In this document: positions 18,665-26,412 of the stretch, in pieces
How positions within the stretch are numbered: position 1 is the first letter of the stretch
Layout: every line of letters begins with the position of its first letter
Virus record (IMG/VR): IMGVR_UViG_3300048016_000310
Reading direction: 5' to 3' (one strand)
DNA: 64,000 nucleotides
Source: a virus
Taxonomy: Duplodnaviria > Heunggongvirae > Uroviricota > Caudoviricetes
Notes under the pieces: generated by a model
Told to the model about the DNA's origin: nothing
The model's database searches: none
The model's input: the letters and a program-made list of their open reading frames with translations, nothing else
Position numbers and translations under genes: made by a program

Positions 18665-19027
18665 TTACTTTAAGAATAAAGTAATTTTTTGTTTTTTTAT
18701 TAAAATGTTATCAAGATTATATGAGCAAAAATCTGAATCCCACAAAGCTATCCTGATTCCTTGCAAAAACTCATGTGAATCTTCAAATGTTTCTTCAAAT
18801 CTGTATTCAAATACTGGAGGAAGATAAGTTAATGTTAAACGATTTCTATCTTTAGAAAGCTCTTCCCATCTTTGCTGTTGCAGACTTTTGTCTTTTTCAT
18901 TAAACCAAGAGTTTGTTAATCTTCGATGTTTAAAGAAGTCTTGCATAGAAAAATCTTCTTCTCTTAAAGTAGGCATTATTGCTGCTATTTGCTCACCTAC
19001 TTCTAAACCTTTTTCATAGTCTGTCAT
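18665..19027 (-). CDS. hypothetical protein
   Basis: 120-aa ORF ending 4 nt from the tRNA-like gene. Confidence 0.4.
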   Translation of the reverse strand: MTDYEKGLEVGEQIAAIMPTLREEDFSMQDFFKHRRLTNSWFNEKDKSLQQQRWEELSKDRNRLTLTYLPPVFEYRFEETFEDSHEFLQGIRIALWDSDFCSYNLDNILIKKQKITLFLK

Positions 19028-19042
19028 AAATAAAAATTGTTA

Positions 19043-19113
19043 AAATAAAAATGAGATTCGAACTCATATCTCTGAATTCTTAGTTCAGTGTAATACCATT
19101 ATACTATATTCCC
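19043..19113 (-). tRNA. tRNA-like gene (71 nt), possibly degenerate. Clean anticodon arm (loop CTAAGAA, anticodon AAG) but poorly paired acceptor stem.
   Basis: D-arm GTAT-AATGGTA-TTAC, anticodon arm CTGAA-CTAAGAA-TTCAG, T-arm ATGAG-TTCGAAT-CTCAT. 5-prime GGGAATA versus 3-prime TTTTATT pairs at only 5 of 7 positions. No encoded CCA. Confidence 0.4.
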
Positions 19114-19147
19114 AAAGCGGAAAATAGAAGTAATTTTAACATAAAAG

Positions 19148-19258
19148 GGGAGATGATGGGATTCGAACCCACATCTGGTCATTTAACAATTGATAGAAGT
19201 AACTTAGTCATAAAAATTGACCAAGTAATTCCCGCTCTACCATTAAGCTACACCTCCC
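19148..19258 (-). tRNA. tRNA-His-like gene (G-1 / C73) with a ~36-nt insertion in the anticodon region
   Basis: Extra 5-prime G opposite discriminator C. Acceptor GGAGGTG/CATCTCC, D-arm GCTT-AATGGTA-GAGC, T-arm GTGGG-TTCGAAT-CCCAT. Middle 60 nt contain hairpin TTGGTCA-ATTTTTA-TGACTAA followed by GTTACTTCTATC. No GTG anticodon identifiable. Confidence 0.5.
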
Positions 19259-19324
19259 ATAAAGAAATTGACTGTCTAAGTTTTTTATCCACTAAAATTA
19301 GGAGTAAGACAGTCATAAAGATTA

Positions 19325-19873
19325 TTACATTAATAGAAGAAGCCTTCTATCATATGAATGAAATTCGAATTCGAATGTACAACAATACTCTACTATTTTT
19401 GAATCTTCAAGAGTGTCATGCATTTTAACAACTTCTGAAAGCTGCATTAATTGGGAAGGCTTTCCTACTGGTTTTTCAAAAGACATAGCTTTTAAACTAC
19501 TTTGACCTAAAGAGTCATAAGTTTGAGGAACTCCTCTGATATGTGCATTCACAGAAAGATCTGCTTTATACACAGCAAGAGAGTTATTTGTTTGAGTCCT
19601 ATATGCAATATAAATAGATTTGTTTTGAAAAACTGCTTGTTCTAGTTCTGTTTTACACCCTTTTGGAAGACTGGTTCTTACATATTGCCAAGCAAATTCA
19701 GGCAACACTATAACAAAAGCATCACAAGTGTTAATCCAATTTTTCTCTTTATCACCATATGTTGTACCTCTTTCCCAAAATACAGCTGCATTACCAGCAT
19801 CTTGTAGACGTTTTTGAACTAAATCAAGCTGCCATTGTGGAATTGACATCGGACAAGAAATGTAACATTTCAT
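19325..19873 (-). CDS. hypothetical protein
   Basis: 182-aa ORF. Confidence 0.4.
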   Translation of the reverse strand: MKCYISCPMSIPQWQLDLVQKRLQDAGNAAVFWERGTTYGDKEKNWINTCDAFVIVLPEFAWQYVRTSLPKGCKTELEQAVFQNKSIYIAYRTQTNNSLAVYKADLSVNAHIRGVPQTYDSLGQSSLKAMSFEKPVGKPSQLMQLSEVVKMHDTLEDSKIVEYCCTFEFEFHSYDRRLLLLM

Positions 19874-20250
19874 GCTCCAAAGTAAGTTTCAAATGACTTT
19901 ACTTTACATTCTAACTCAAGCTCGGCAAGCTTAAGGTCATATTCTAAGTCTATAATCTCTTTGAACCGAGCTGTGGCATCTTCTCTAGTCATGAGCTTTA
20001 AGCCTAGATTATGGTCAGTTTTTAAAGTAAACTCTTTTTTGTCTGCAATTTTGTCACGAAGACTTTCTACTTTGTCTTGCAAAGGAGAGATTACTGTTTC
20101 AACAAGTTTTCTCTTCACAGATGAAACATACTCTGAAGCCCTTTCTTGAGGGGTTTTGTTATTTACTAACAATTTAAAGGCTTCTGTGCCTTTTAGGTTT
20201 TCTGGTGTTTTGATAGACATAATTTTACAATTTAATAATAAAAAAAACAA
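19870..20250 (-). CDS. hypothetical protein
   Basis: 126-aa ORF. Coiled-coil C-terminus. Confidence 0.4.
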   Translation of the reverse strand: MFFLLLNCKIMSIKTPENLKGTEAFKLLVNNKTPQERASEYVSSVKRKLVETVISPLQDKVESLRDKIADKKEFTLKTDHNLGLKLMTREDATARFKEIIDLEYDLKLAELELECKVKSFETYFGA

Positions 20251-20725
20251 TCATCGGAGACCCCGATTGATATTCTACATAGCTTATAGTTCTAAATCCT
20301 AGATGTTTGAAAAGCAGAGCATAACTCTGAGGTCTGTTGCTTATATCTATAAACTTTTGAATTGTTCTTGATTCTCGTGCAGCTAAAAATGTTAAAACTA
20401 ATTTAGAGTTTGGTTTAACATTTCTTAAAAAATTTAAAAGTTTAAAAGGAAAAGGGCCACAGAAATCTAAGAACATACCATCATACAAAGAAGATTCTGC
20501 ATTTAATACATTCCCACAATTTAATTCTACGTTAAGAGGAGCTACTAATTGTTGCTGTTTAAACACTACTCTATTTTGTTCGAAACAAACTACTTTTGCA
20601 GTTTTTGCTAAAAATTCTTCTAAGTCAAAATAAAGATTAGGTAGTGTTAAAACATTTTTACAACTTTTTAGAAAATTTTTTACAAATTCTCTAATTTGTA
20701 TTTTATGGTCAGTAGGTTGATACAT
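20225..20725 (-). CDS. hypothetical protein (weak resemblance to a SAM-dependent methyltransferase fold)
   Basis: 166 aa. MFLDFCGPF resembles MTase motif I (LDxxCGxG) but is not conclusive. Confidence 0.35.
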   Translation of the reverse strand: MYQPTDHKIQIREFVKNFLKSCKNVLTLPNLYFDLEEFLAKTAKVVCFEQNRVVFKQQQLVAPLNVELNCGNVLNAESSLYDGMFLDFCGPFPFKLLNFLRNVKPNSKLVLTFLAARESRTIQKFIDISNRPQSYALLFKHLGFRTISYVEYQSGSPMIVFFIIKL

Positions 20726-20726
20726 A

Positions 20727-21029
20727 TTACCAAGAAAATTCTATTCCTTGAATAACAGCTCTATTACTTGGAAATTCCATTTTAGTACCATTGACTTTTA
20801 TTTCATTTGGTTCTAAATTTGGCATCATTATCATTTGTAGTGGACTAAAGTCTGGCTGCTTCATAAGCTCTTCAACTTTTTTTGGCTTATGCTTATAATA
20901 TTGATATAAGTTAAAAATAGATTGAGAACCTATATTAAACTTTATTGCAAGTTTAATTCTTTCTTGTTTGTTTTTTGTAGCTAAAAGTTCAGCTAATTGT
21001 TCATCTGTAAGCACTCTCATTCTTGCCAT
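20727..21029 (-). CDS. hypothetical protein
   Basis: 100-aa ORF. Confidence 0.35.
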   Translation of the reverse strand: MARMRVLTDEQLAELLATKNKQERIKLAIKFNIGSQSIFNLYQYYKHKPKKVEELMKQPDFSPLQMIMMPNLEPNEIKVNGTKMEFPSNRAVIQGIEFSW

Positions 21030-21067
21030 GATTTTGAAATAAATTTAATAATTAAAAATAAAAAAAG

Positions 21068-21176
21068 CAGTGGGGCTAGGATTCGAACCTAGGTCTCTCT
21101 CGTGACAGGAGTAGAAGTAGCTAAATTATAAAAATTAATCAAGCAATAAGCGTATTAGCCACTATACGACCCCACT
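21068..21176 (-). tRNA. tRNA-like gene (109 nt) with a ~36-nt insertion in the anticodon region
   Basis: Acceptor AGTGGGG/CCCCACT, D-arm GTAT-AGTGGCTA-ATAC, T-arm CTAGG-TTCGAAT-CCTAG. The middle contains hairpin GATTA-ATTTTTA-TAATT followed by TAGCTACTTCTACTCC. Confidence 0.5.
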
Positions 21177-21252
21177 ATAAAAAATTGACTGTTTAAAGGT
21201 TTTTTCAAATAGAATTTTTAGAAGTAAGATAGTCATTATAAAGTGTTCATTA

Positions 21253-21696
21253 TCAAGAAGTTATGACTAATAATCCTTTATCAAATTCCCAATGACAATT
21301 GGGACATAAAAAGACTAAGTTCTTGATATTGTTAATTTCTCCTATTAAAGTTTCTTTAGAAAAGGTTCCTATTCCTTTAATATGACAACATTCCACATGT
21401 TTGTCATAGCCACAATTGTAGCATTCTTTAACATAATATTCAGATGCAATAGCTCTTGCTTGCATTCTTATTTTCCCATACTTGTTTTGTGGGGAAGAAG
21501 AGCTAGAAGAATTTTCTTCTAATGTTTTTAAATGTGCAATACTTCTTTTAGGATTTTCTTTATTTACACAAACATTACAATACTTTCTTTGAGAAGGAGC
21601 TTCTGCATTACAATTAATACATAAGTATTTTTTACCATCTCTTTTAAAAGTGTTTTTGTATTGTTTCCAATTTGTTCTTTTTACTTTGTCTTTCAT
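21253..21696 (-). CDS. HNH endonuclease
   Basis: ECCHIKGIG...NNIKNLVFLCPNCHWEFDKG (H-N-H core with a flanking Cys pair), plus an N-terminal CxxC...CxxC zinc finger. Confidence 0.65.
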   Translation of the reverse strand: MKDKVKRTNWKQYKNTFKRDGKKYLCINCNAEAPSQRKYCNVCVNKENPKRSIAHLKTLEENSSSSSSPQNKYGKIRMQARAIASEYYVKECYNCGYDKHVECCHIKGIGTFSKETLIGEINNIKNLVFLCPNCHWEFDKGLLVITS

Positions 21697-21753
21697 AGTA
21701 CAAAGATAAAAGAAATATGCCTAACTTACAAATAAATTAAGCATATTTTATAG

Positions 21754-21862
21754 TGGGGATGCCAGGAATCGAACCTGGAACAGCTGCTCCTGATGCTAGA
21801 AGTATCACAGTTATTAGAATTAACTGAGAAAATAAACTGTGTTACCATTACACCACATCCCG
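21754..21862 (-). tRNA. tRNA-like gene (109 nt) with a ~36-nt insertion in the anticodon region. The insertion is near-identical to that in 18554..18660.
   Basis: Acceptor CGGGATG/CATCCCC (C1 mismatch), D-arm GTGT-AATGGTA-ACAC, T-arm CCAGG-TTCGATT-CCTGG. Insert TCAGTTAATTCTAATAACTGTGATACTTCTAGC versus TTAGTTAATTTTAATAACTATGATACTTCTAGG in the first gene, with a compensatory T-A to C-G change in the hairpin stem. Confidence 0.5.
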
Positions 21863-22024
21863 ATGAATAAACAAATTAACTAATCATTTTTACTACAACC
21901 TTTGTTTTTTAGAAGTAGATTAGTTATAAGACAAATTAAGAAATAACATATACCAGCTATTTATAATATAATTTGTTTTTTAATTAGGAACTTATAGAGG
22001 TCACATTATAAGTATAATATAAAG

Positions 22025-22109
22025 TAGAGATAAATGGACTCGAACCACTAACCTTTTTACAGCAAACTAAATAGACTATAAAATGCTCTACCAATTGAGC
22101 TATATCTCC
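22025..22109 (-). tRNA. tRNA-like gene (85 nt) with an enlarged (19-nt) anticodon loop, i.e. a ~12-nt insertion
   Basis: Acceptor GGAGATA/TATCTCT, D-arm GCTC-AATTGGTA-GAGC, anticodon stem TTTTA/TAAAA enclosing TAGTCTATTTAGTTTGCTG, T-arm AGTGG-TTCGAGT-CCATT. Confidence 0.45.
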
Positions 22110-22171
22110 AAGATAAAATTGATTAAGTAAATAATTTTTAATCAAAAATAGAAGTAACTTAATCATAATAG

Positions 22172-22242
22172 TGCAGAACCTAGGATTCGAACCTAAAGTT
22201 TAAAAATTCCCTTTTACGTGTTGCCATTACACCACTTTCTGC
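22172..22242 (-). tRNA. tRNA-like gene (71 nt). Anticodon loop appears 6 nt (GGGAAT). Isotype unresolved.
   Basis: Acceptor GCAGAAA/GTTCTGC (one mismatch), D-loop TAATGGCA with GG, anticodon stem TAAAA/TTTTA, T-arm TTAGG-TTCGAAT-CCTAG. No encoded CCA. Confidence 0.45.
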
Positions 22243-22320
22243 AAAAAAATTGACTACCAATGGTTATTGTAACAGCCTGTGAGGCTGTGGTTTTTAGAAG
22301 TATGGTAGTCATAAAGTTTA

Positions 22321-22554
22321 TTATGCTATGATTTCGCCAATTTTATCAGCTATTCTAGCATTTTTACCAATAAGCTCTTGAGTTTGAACTTTTTGAAGTT
22401 CTAATCTTTCAATTTCAGCAGTAGTTTTTGCTTGTTCTTCAACAAGTTCAGTATTTGCTTCAAGTAAAAGTTTTTGAGCATTTTCAAAACCTGATATAGC
22501 TTCTGATGCTTTTTGTCTAGCTGTTTTAGGTGCTACCTCTTTGTTAAACCACAT
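22321..22554 (-). CDS. hypothetical coiled-coil protein
   Basis: 77-aa ORF. Confidence 0.35.
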   Translation of the reverse strand: MWFNKEVAPKTARQKASEAISGFENAQKLLLEANTELVEEQAKTTAEIERLELQKVQTQELIGKNARIADKIGEIIA

Positions 22555-22581
22555 AATAGAATTTTTTACAAATGTACGAAA

Positions 22582-23547
22582 TTATTTTCTTTGAAGCAAC
22601 ATTCCAGGCATAGAACCAAAAACATTATTAGTACCCCAAGGAGAAGTTTTAGCTTCTGCCCATTTTCTCTCAGTTTCTGCTCTATACAGTTCTAGCATTT
22701 TTGGTTGTGATAAAATATCATTCTTTTTGGCTGTAAGTATAGCTGCATCATAATCACCTTGAGCATTAGCTACTTTAGTTTTGTTAACTGCTAAAGCTTT
22801 TACCTCATTAAGTTCTGCATTCTGAGTCTCTTGAATAGTCTTTATTTTATCTGAGATAATTTTAGCTAAGTCCTCTGAAGGTCTAATATTTGTCTTCATT
22901 TGAGTTACTTCTAAAAATTCTCCAAGATTTTTATTAACTTCTGAATAAATCTCAGCTTCAAACTTTTGCTGGTTATTAAAAATGTAATCAGGCTCATATC
23001 TGTTTGCAACATGATTAGCAGAACCCATTATAGATGTTTTTGCCCAAGTATCTAAAACATGAGGTAACCCTCCTTGTTTAAACATTTGTCTAACTTCTAC
23101 AAAAAATCTATTGGCATTTTTAGGTTTTACTTTAACATTAAATGTAAGATGTATAGGACAAGGATATCCACCTTTTACAGTAAGAGCACTTTCACCATAA
23201 TCAACATTTTTTGCATCAGTTTCAATCTCATGAATATTCTGAGTGTAAGAATTATAAATCTGATAACCAGAAGCAAACTCTACACCTTGAATACCTCTAG
23301 AAGTGCCAGTAAGATTTTCTTTAAGCCCCACTGCACCAGAATCTATTCGTTCAATAGTAAAAGGTTGGAAAGTAATTACAAGAGCTACAACAATAATGCC
23401 AAAGAGATACTTCGAATTAACACTTAAAACTTTTGAAGAATAAGGTTTATCATCTTTTACTTCATAAGAAATAATTCCTTTTTTAAAAAGAATCCAACGT
23501 AGAGCTACAAACAAAACAAGTAAGAATAATAAAATAATAGTAAACAT
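22582..23547 (-). CDS. SPFH/Band-7 (prohibitin/flotillin-like) membrane protein
   Basis: N-terminal TM helix, central beta-rich domain, C-terminal Ala/Glu/Lys-rich coiled coil (EVKALAVNKTKVANAQGDYDAAILTAKKND...RAETERKWAEAK). Confidence 0.4.
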   Translation of the reverse strand: MFTIILLFLLVLFVALRWILFKKGIISYEVKDDKPYSSKVLSVNSKYLFGIIVVALVITFQPFTIERIDSGAVGLKENLTGTSRGIQGVEFASGYQIYNSYTQNIHEIETDAKNVDYGESALTVKGGYPCPIHLTFNVKVKPKNANRFFVEVRQMFKQGGLPHVLDTWAKTSIMGSANHVANRYEPDYIFNNQQKFEAEIYSEVNKNLGEFLEVTQMKTNIRPSEDLAKIISDKIKTIQETQNAELNEVKALAVNKTKVANAQGDYDAAILTAKKNDILSQPKMLELYRAETERKWAEAKTSPWGTNNVFGSMPGMLLQRK

Positions 23548-23564
23548 ATTAATAAAATTTGGTT

Positions 23565-23608
23565 TCTAAAAATGAGGAGCTACTCTCGTAACTCCTCGGT
23601 TTGAAATT
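23565..23608 (-). terminator. hairpin GAGGAG(N12)CTCCTC followed by a TTTT run on the minus strand
   Basis: Seen directly in the 23548-23771 intergenic region, about 18 nt upstream of the 22582..23547 start. Confidence 0.35.
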
Positions 23609-23771
23609 TGTGAACATCCAGTTAGAAAAGAATATCCTTTTCTGCAACCCTTTAAGGAGATATTTCCCATAGTACAATTTTTTAAATTAACTAACAAGCA
23701 TTTGGGGTTACCAGATGATTCGTTACTTGTATTTTGTTAGAAGTATGTTAGTTATGAAAAATTGACAAAAA

Positions 23772-24314
23772 TTATTTCTTTACGTAAAGTCTTTGAAGAA
23801 AATAAATGCTTTTAGGCAATTCTAAAATACTAACTCCTAGCTTGTTTTCAGGATGATAAGGATTTGGTTCTATACTTTTTACAGTACCTAACAATCTTAG
23901 TTTAGAAGGACTTACTTTTTTATAAACCACATCACCAGGTGCTAATTCTTTCTGAATAAATAAAGATTTATGTAGGAAAGTATTATTAGTTGGTCTAAAA
24001 GGTTTATCACCATTTCCTTTATCTTCATTACAAGTTTTACACATTGGTTGTAGATTATCTAAAGTATTTGGTCCTCCTTTAGATTTGGGTAAGATATGAT
24101 CTATAGTAAATGCATTACCTTCATCATCATACAAATCTAAATGTTTACCTCCACGTTTATCTTCTCCTAATGCAAGATGAGTTCCTACTTTTCCACAGGA
24201 AACACAAGTACATCCTTTATAAAAAAATACTTGTAATCTCCTGTGTTTTTTAAAATTTTCTAAAGCAGCTAAAGGTAAAGTTTTTAAAATCTTATACCCA
24301 AAGTTTTGTCTCAT
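23772..24314 (-). CDS. HNH endonuclease
   Basis: CVSCGK...FTIDHILPKSKGGPNTLDNLQPMCKTCNEDKGN (DH...N...C..CN..K HNH core). Confidence 0.7.
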   Translation of the reverse strand: MRQNFGYKILKTLPLAALENFKKHRRLQVFFYKGCTCVSCGKVGTHLALGEDKRGGKHLDLYDDEGNAFTIDHILPKSKGGPNTLDNLQPMCKTCNEDKGNGDKPFRPTNNTFLHKSLFIQKELAPGDVVYKKVSPSKLRLLGTVKSIEPNPYHPENKLGVSILELPKSIYFLQRLYVKK

Positions 24315-26404
24315 CCTATTAGCTCTAAAGTTTTTTGATATGAATATCTAAAGTCTTCCTCTTTGAAGAAAGTTTCAGCTTCATCCAAAGAACTAACTTG
24401 GCCTCTAGCTTCTACATGTAATCGAATTAAATCGTAGACTGAAAGCTTAGGTGGCTCACAATAAGGCTTTAACTCATTTAACAAAGCAGAAGCATCACCA
24501 GAACCAACAGTTCTTTGAAAGATATTCCAGTCTAAGTCTAAATGAATATACTCTCTTGTTTCCAAGTCATACATTCCTACTAAACAATACTGAGCTTCTG
24601 AGTTTAATCTCATTGCATTTGTTACAGAAGAAGGAGTCCATGAAGAGTTTACCAAAGCATCATCTCTTTCCATAAAACCTGTATAGCAATCATTTAAAGA
24701 AGAGAATGGTTTTTGTTGAAAATTATGCAAAACCATGACAAAGTACTTAAATCCAAAAGCAACTGCTTTCTCTACATCAATATCTACATATTCTGCACAA
24801 GCACCTCTTCTACGTCTTACATCTCCTGAATAACAACCATAGTTAGCTCTTTTTTCTCCATTAAATCCAAACTGTGTAGCTCTTTTACCTTCTGCTAAAA
24901 GAAAACCATGCATATCAATATCTTCTGAACCTTGAACATCATTCCAATGAACAAATGGACGAATAACTCTTTTAGTTACACCCATAGCAATTCTTTGCCC
25001 TCTCACAACTGGAACAAGAGATTCTGACATTGACCTCATATTGGTAGGTAGTGGTATGTTTTTAAGATTTTCATCTATCCAACATTTACCCATAGCTGGA
25101 AGTTCAGCATATTTACGAGCTAAAGCATCCCAAATAAATCCACTACAAGTATCAACAACTTCTTGAGACAAAGCTTTCAAATCTGGCAAAGGAGTTCTCT
25201 GCCTAGCACCTTTAATAAAGATACTTCTATTTTGAACAGGCTTAAGTCTTTCTTGAAAATGTCCAAAAGCTTCAAACAAAACTTTAGAAGAAGTCTTATC
25301 TACATTCTTCAAAAGAGCATCAAAGATGATGTTAATCTTCTTAGGGTTCTTACGAACAAGTTCATCAAGTCTACGAATAAATACTCCAGGTCTCTCTGCA
25401 AGTCTTAAAACTCCAGCTTCAAAAGAGGCTTTAAAATCACTCTCTACCAATGATTGCCATGTTCTAACTTTAGGTACACCAGTAGGTTTACTTTTCCGTA
25501 ATTGATTACGAAGAGTAAAGGCAGCTTGGAAAGTCTTAGGATGAGTCTCTTTATGAGCTTGCACAACAAGTACTTCAAATAATCTAATCCATCTTGAGTA
25601 CTTTGAACCTTGTTGCATATCTCTTATATCAAGATTAGAAGACTCAAGCAATTGAAGAACTCTAAGTTTTTGAGCAGAATTAAGCTTAAATCGAAATGCT
25701 TTACGCTCTTCTTCTCTAGCAGCCCATTTAGGTCCTTGTTTCTTTAAAGATTTAGGAACAGCAGGTAATGAAACATCTCCACCAGAAAATCCAACAGCTA
25801 CTCTAAGACAATCAGTTACAGTCTTCACTGTGAAAGTAGGACATAAAGCAGCTATAACAGCTAAGTTTTCTTTGAATGGAATATCTTTAGGATACCTACA
25901 TTCATAGCCTGACTCTACCCACCACTTGATAACTTTAGTATCAGTAGGAGTTAAAGAGTTTCCTACACTAAGTAAGCGAGTGAAAATTGCTAGAAATTCA
26001 TCTTCAGTACAAGGATACACTTCTTTGTAAGAAACATGCTCAAAACCTTCAATCTTTTGTTTACCATAAGGCTTAAAGGTTTTTACACCCCAGTAATGAA
26101 GTAATTGATTCATGTATAATTCCTGCAAGGATTGAGACATTACATCTTGAGGGAAATTTTTGTACAACGATTGAAAATCGAGCTTTCCTCCTGTTTGAAT
26201 CTTGAGCCAATTTACAGTTTCATTATAGAACTTAATGATTTCAGCTTCTTCTGCTTTTTGAAGCATTTCAAATGCCTCCTGCGTTAGGAGAAATCCGTAG
26301 TGCATCAATTGTCCTTGACAAGACATAGCTAAAGCTAGATTATTCTGGCCCGAATCTGTAAAATTGACTAGAAATTTTTGTAATAATATCGTGTTCTTAG
26401 TCAT
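24311..26404 (-). CDS. large protein with C-terminal TerD-like domain
   Basis: 697 aa. C-terminal segment DIDMHGFLL...FGFNGEK...YSGDVRRRRGACAEYVDIDV resembles TerD-family blocks (DLDLSAFLL...VFFNQ...HSGDNxxGxGDGDDExIxID). Confidence 0.4.
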   Translation of the reverse strand: MTKNTILLQKFLVNFTDSGQNNLALAMSCQGQLMHYGFLLTQEAFEMLQKAEEAEIIKFYNETVNWLKIQTGGKLDFQSLYKNFPQDVMSQSLQELYMNQLLHYWGVKTFKPYGKQKIEGFEHVSYKEVYPCTEDEFLAIFTRLLSVGNSLTPTDTKVIKWWVESGYECRYPKDIPFKENLAVIAALCPTFTVKTVTDCLRVAVGFSGGDVSLPAVPKSLKKQGPKWAAREEERKAFRFKLNSAQKLRVLQLLESSNLDIRDMQQGSKYSRWIRLFEVLVVQAHKETHPKTFQAAFTLRNQLRKSKPTGVPKVRTWQSLVESDFKASFEAGVLRLAERPGVFIRRLDELVRKNPKKINIIFDALLKNVDKTSSKVLFEAFGHFQERLKPVQNRSIFIKGARQRTPLPDLKALSQEVVDTCSGFIWDALARKYAELPAMGKCWIDENLKNIPLPTNMRSMSESLVPVVRGQRIAMGVTKRVIRPFVHWNDVQGSEDIDMHGFLLAEGKRATQFGFNGEKRANYGCYSGDVRRRRGACAEYVDIDVEKAVAFGFKYFVMVLHNFQQKPFSSLNDCYTGFMERDDALVNSSWTPSSVTNAMRLNSEAQYCLVGMYDLETREYIHLDLDWNIFQRTVGSGDASALLNELKPYCEPPKLSVYDLIRLHVEARGQVSSLDEAETFFKEEDFRYSYQKTLELIG

Positions 26405-26412
26405 AGTTATTT

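Noticed and set aside
21984-22166. 60-aa minus-strand ORF
   Set aside because: Its span is entirely occupied by two tRNA-like genes and their spacer. The open frame is a by-product.
18554-22242. Possibility that the tRNA inserts are group I introns
   Set aside because: Inserts are only 33-36 nt. Group I introns need roughly 200 nt or more and conserved P/Q/R/S elements, none of which are present.
18554-22242. Reading the A34 anticodons (AAG in 19043..19113, a possible AGG in 18554..18660) as evidence for a eukaryotic host and inosine-34 tRNAs
   Set aside because: Only one loop is unambiguous and the other requires an arbitrary stem shift. The class II CCA enzyme, HK97-type module order and ATGA-coupled operons all look bacterial-phage-like. 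Kept only as a remote possibility.
18554-22242. tRNA cluster as an integration (attP) site
   Set aside because: No integrase or recombinase was recognised anywhere in the window.
19118-23775. CRISPR array
   Set aside because: The recurring motif units are separated by tRNA-like genes at irregular spacing. They are partly inverted-repeat halves rather than uniform direct repeats with unique spacers, and no cas genes are present.
24311-26404. Ro60/TROVE (Rsr) identity for the 697-aa protein, which would have tied it to Y-RNA-like tRNA mimics
   Set aside because: No TROVE-specific motif could be recognised by eye. The only recognisable block is TerD-like. Left as a check (HHpred) rather than a claim.
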